Made by a program: the position numbers and the translations under genes. 64,000 nucleotides of DNA, from IMG/VR virus record IMGVR_UViG_3300036045_000007. One strand, written 5' to 3'. Source of the DNA: a virus. Shown here one piece after another: positions 62,036-64,000 of this stretch; position 1 is the stretch's first letter, and every line of letters starts with the position of its first letter. The notes under the pieces are model-generated. The model did not search any database and was not told the DNA's origin. It saw nothing but the letters and a program-made list of their open reading frames with translations.

Positions 62036-63103
62036 ATGGGTGTCACCAAAATACAGTGGACTGATTACACTTTCAATCCGTTCATTGGCTGCTCCAAGGT
62101 CCACACCGGCTGCGCCAACTGCTACGCCGAGGCTGATATGGACAAGCGCCGGGGCCGCGTGAAATGGGGGCCGAACGGTACACGCAGCAAAACCTCTGAT
62201 GTTTACTGGCGCGAGCCGTACAAGTGGAACCGCGAAGCCGAGAAAGCTGGTGTGCGGGCCCGCGTGTTTTGTGCTTCGTTGTCCGACATCTTCGAGGATT
62301 GGAAGGGGCCGATCCTCAACCACAAGGGCGAGCGACTCATGTATCGTGGCGACCGCTACGATCCAGAGCACCCGATCACCGTGGCGTCGGATCACGTTGA
62401 CGACGACGCCTATGGCCTTGTGCGCATGGACGATCTGCGCCGCGACCTGTTTAAGATAATCGACGAGACGCCGTGGCTTGACTGGCAGCTCCTCACGAAG
62501 CGGCCTGAGAACGTGAAGCAAATGTGGAACACGCCGACATCGACAGTCGCTATAGGCCACGGAATGAAGTTGACAGCTACGGGACCGGAATACCGAAACA
62601 ACGTGTGGCTCGGAACGTCGATCAGCGATCAGGAGACAGCCGATGAATTCATCCCGAAGCTGCTGGCGAATCGCGACCTGGTGCGATACCTGTTTCTCAG
62701 CGCTGAGCCGTTAGTCGGAGAGATCAGCCTGTCGTATAAGCCAGGCACGCGGAGTCATCTACCAGGATGTTTGCTCGATGAGATTGATTGGGTGATCGTC
62801 GGCGGCGAGTCCGGCAAGGATTCGCGGGTCTGCGACATCCTTTGGATCAGGTCGATTGTGAAACAATGCAAGCAAGCCAACGTGCCGGTGTTTGTGAAGC
62901 AACTCGGTCGGTGTGTATACTTCACTTCACCGGGGGGCCAGAAAAGTCGCGTGTGGCCCAAAGACCAGAAGGGCGGCGACACTAGCGAGTGGCCGACTGA
63001 CTTAGTGGTTCAGGAATTCCCGAATGGAAGCAACAGGACCGGCAGCAGCGGAGTACATCAAGGAGCTGGCGAAGCACCGCAAGCGGCGGCTCGTCGTCGG
63101 TGA
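62036..63103 (+). CDS. phage Gp37/Gp68 family protein (DUF5131)
   Basis: TKIQWTDYTFNPFIGCSKVHTGCANCYAE N-terminus is the family signature. ATG at 62036 after AAAGGAG. Confidence 0.85.
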   Translation: MGVTKIQWTDYTFNPFIGCSKVHTGCANCYAEADMDKRRGRVKWGPNGTRSKTSDVYWREPYKWNREAEKAGVRARVFCASLSDIFEDWKGPILNHKGERLMYRGDRYDPEHPITVASDHVDDDAYGLVRMDDLRRDLFKIIDETPWLDWQLLTKRPENVKQMWNTPTSTVAIGHGMKLTATGPEYRNNVWLGTSISDQETADEFIPKLLANRDLVRYLFLSAEPLVGEISLSYKPGTRSHLPGCLLDEIDWVIVGGESGKDSRVCDILWIRSIVKQCKQANVPVFVKQLGRCVYFTSPGGQKSRVWPKDQKGGDTSEWPTDLVVQEFPNGSNRTGSSGVHQGAGEAPQAAARRR

Positions 63104-63377
63104 ATTCCTCGACGAAATCATGTCGGTATGGAAGGGCCCGCGCGAATTCGCCAAAGACCTGAAAGCGGAGTTCGACGCAGCCAAGCCTGGCGGCTTGATG
63201 AAAGCCAAGCTGATCGAGGCGGTTGTTAAAATGCTCATTGCCCATAGTGCCAGGCCGACGCACGACGGATTCGATCTGAGCAAAGCGACGGAGGAAGAGT
63301 TGGCGGCTGCGTTCGCCGCTCTCACAGGCGAGAAGAATGGATCAGGACGACCCACTACGAATCCCGCCAAAGACTAG
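63024..63377 (+). CDS. possible small terminase subunit
   Basis: 117-aa helical basic/acidic protein immediately upstream of, and overlapping, terL. Call by position only. Confidence 0.35.
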   Translation: MEATGPAAAEYIKELAKHRKRRLVVGEFLDEIMSVWKGPREFAKDLKAEFDAAKPGGLMKAKLIEAVVKMLIAHSARPTHDGFDLSKATEEELAAAFAALTGEKNGSGRPTTNPAKD

Positions 63378-64000
63378 GCGCAACGTCCAACCTCGACGCA
63401 GTGCCAACTCTCCAAAGAAGCCGCCGAAGCTCCCTGAGCGGCCAGTGTATCTCGACGAGCCTGTCATCCCACAGCCGACCGCCGAGATCAAGGAATCCAT
63501 CGAAGGCCAGATCAGCAACTACCAGCGCGAGCAGCTCGCTGCGATCCTGGGTGAGCAACTCGGACGCATGGCTGAGTCGCTGCGACTGTACGAACCGCTG
63601 GCGGTGCAAAACCGATTCCACGCATCGCGGAAACCAGAGCGCGTGCTGCGCGGTTCAAACCGTGGCGGTAAGACGCTGCCCGCCGCCGTGGAGATCGCCC
63701 GCGCCGTGACCGGCCAAGACCCGTTCAACAAGTACCCGCTGACAGACGGTCGCGTCGTCGCAGTCGGCAAAGACGGCAAGCACATCGCGGAGACGATGTA
63801 CTACAAGCTCAGCCGCGCGCGGGCGTTCAAGATCATCCGCGACAAGGAGACCAAGCTGTGGCGGTCGTTCCGTCCGTGGGATCAGGAGGACGCCGATCGC
63901 GCACACGAGGCGAAGCCGTCGCCGCCACTGATACCGCAGCGGTTCATCAAAGCGATCACCTGGGAGGACAAGAAGGGAAACCAGCCGAAGAAGATCATCT
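63337..64000 (+). CDS. terL: terminase large subunit, N-terminal part (3' end outside window)
   Basis: ORF is absent from the track because it has no stop in the window. My translation from the ATG at 63337 gives ..VLRGSNRGGKTLPAAVEIARAV (Walker A) and continues open to nt 64000. Confidence 0.7.
   Translation, partial: MDQDDPLRIPPKTRRNVQPRRSANSPKKPPKLPERPVYLDEPVIPQPTAEIKESIEGQISNYQREQLAAILGEQLGRMAESLRLYEPLAVQNRFHASRKPERVLRGSNRGGKTLPAAVEIARAVTGQDPFNKYPLTDGRVVAVGKDGKHIAETMYYKLSRARAFKIIRDKETKLWRSFRPWDQEDADRAHEAKPSPPLIPQRFIKAITWEDKKGNQPKKII

Overview
GC-rich window (GC not computed) that reads as an almost complete tailed dsDNA phage or prophage genome. It opens inside a portal-like gene and closes inside the large terminase gene, so it looks like a wrapped or circularly permuted genome. 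No tape-measure, sheath or tube gene was recognised, so it is probably podovirus-like. Block 1 (1-21.7 kb, + strand) carries virion and tail genes: a LamG lectin-like protein, a 949-aa repeat-rich tail fibre, a permuted-papain hydrolase, Gln-rich proteins, a 1035-aa protein and a beta-helix depolymerase. It ends in a promoter-driven three-gene moron (21.7-23.35 kb). Block 2 (23.6-48.8 kb, mostly - strand) is an early or establishment region. It holds an SNF2 helicase, an N6-adenine methyltransferase, a small serine recombinase, an HNH endonuclease, DUF932, MazG, a second methyltransferase, a secreted FG-GAP propeller, two excisionase-type HTH proteins and many small Zn-ribbon ORFs. It also contains several ORF-free structured segments (37.5-37.7, 38.7-39.0, 39.26-39.8, 40.1-40.5, 40.8-41.2 kb). 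Block 3 (48.9-64 kb, + strand) carries scaffold and capsid genes, then a terminator-bounded envelope or lysis-like cassette with a papain C1 peptidase, then recombination and replication genes (YqaJ exonuclease, RecT-like, DnaC-like, VRR-NUC, ASCH, DUF5131) and terminase. The best candidates for something undescribed are listed here. (1) The moron pairs a MauE-like membrane protein with a secreted 10-Cys mini-protein. (2) A hairpin-plus-12-mer element occurs four times with covarying stems in early intergenic regions. (3) A GGCGACAGTT box is embedded in several near-consensus sigma70 promoters. (4) A non-canonical envelope cassette has no recognisable muramidase or amidase. (5) One gene is a perfect 36-unit hexanucleotide (Gly-X) repeat. 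(6) There is a D-arm-less tRNA-like element. I recognised no rRNA, canonical tRNA, CRISPR array, IS element or transposase, tyrosine integrase or reverse transcriptase. Host assignment (possibly Planctomycetota) is inference only. All domain calls come from motif recognition by eye, not from searches.
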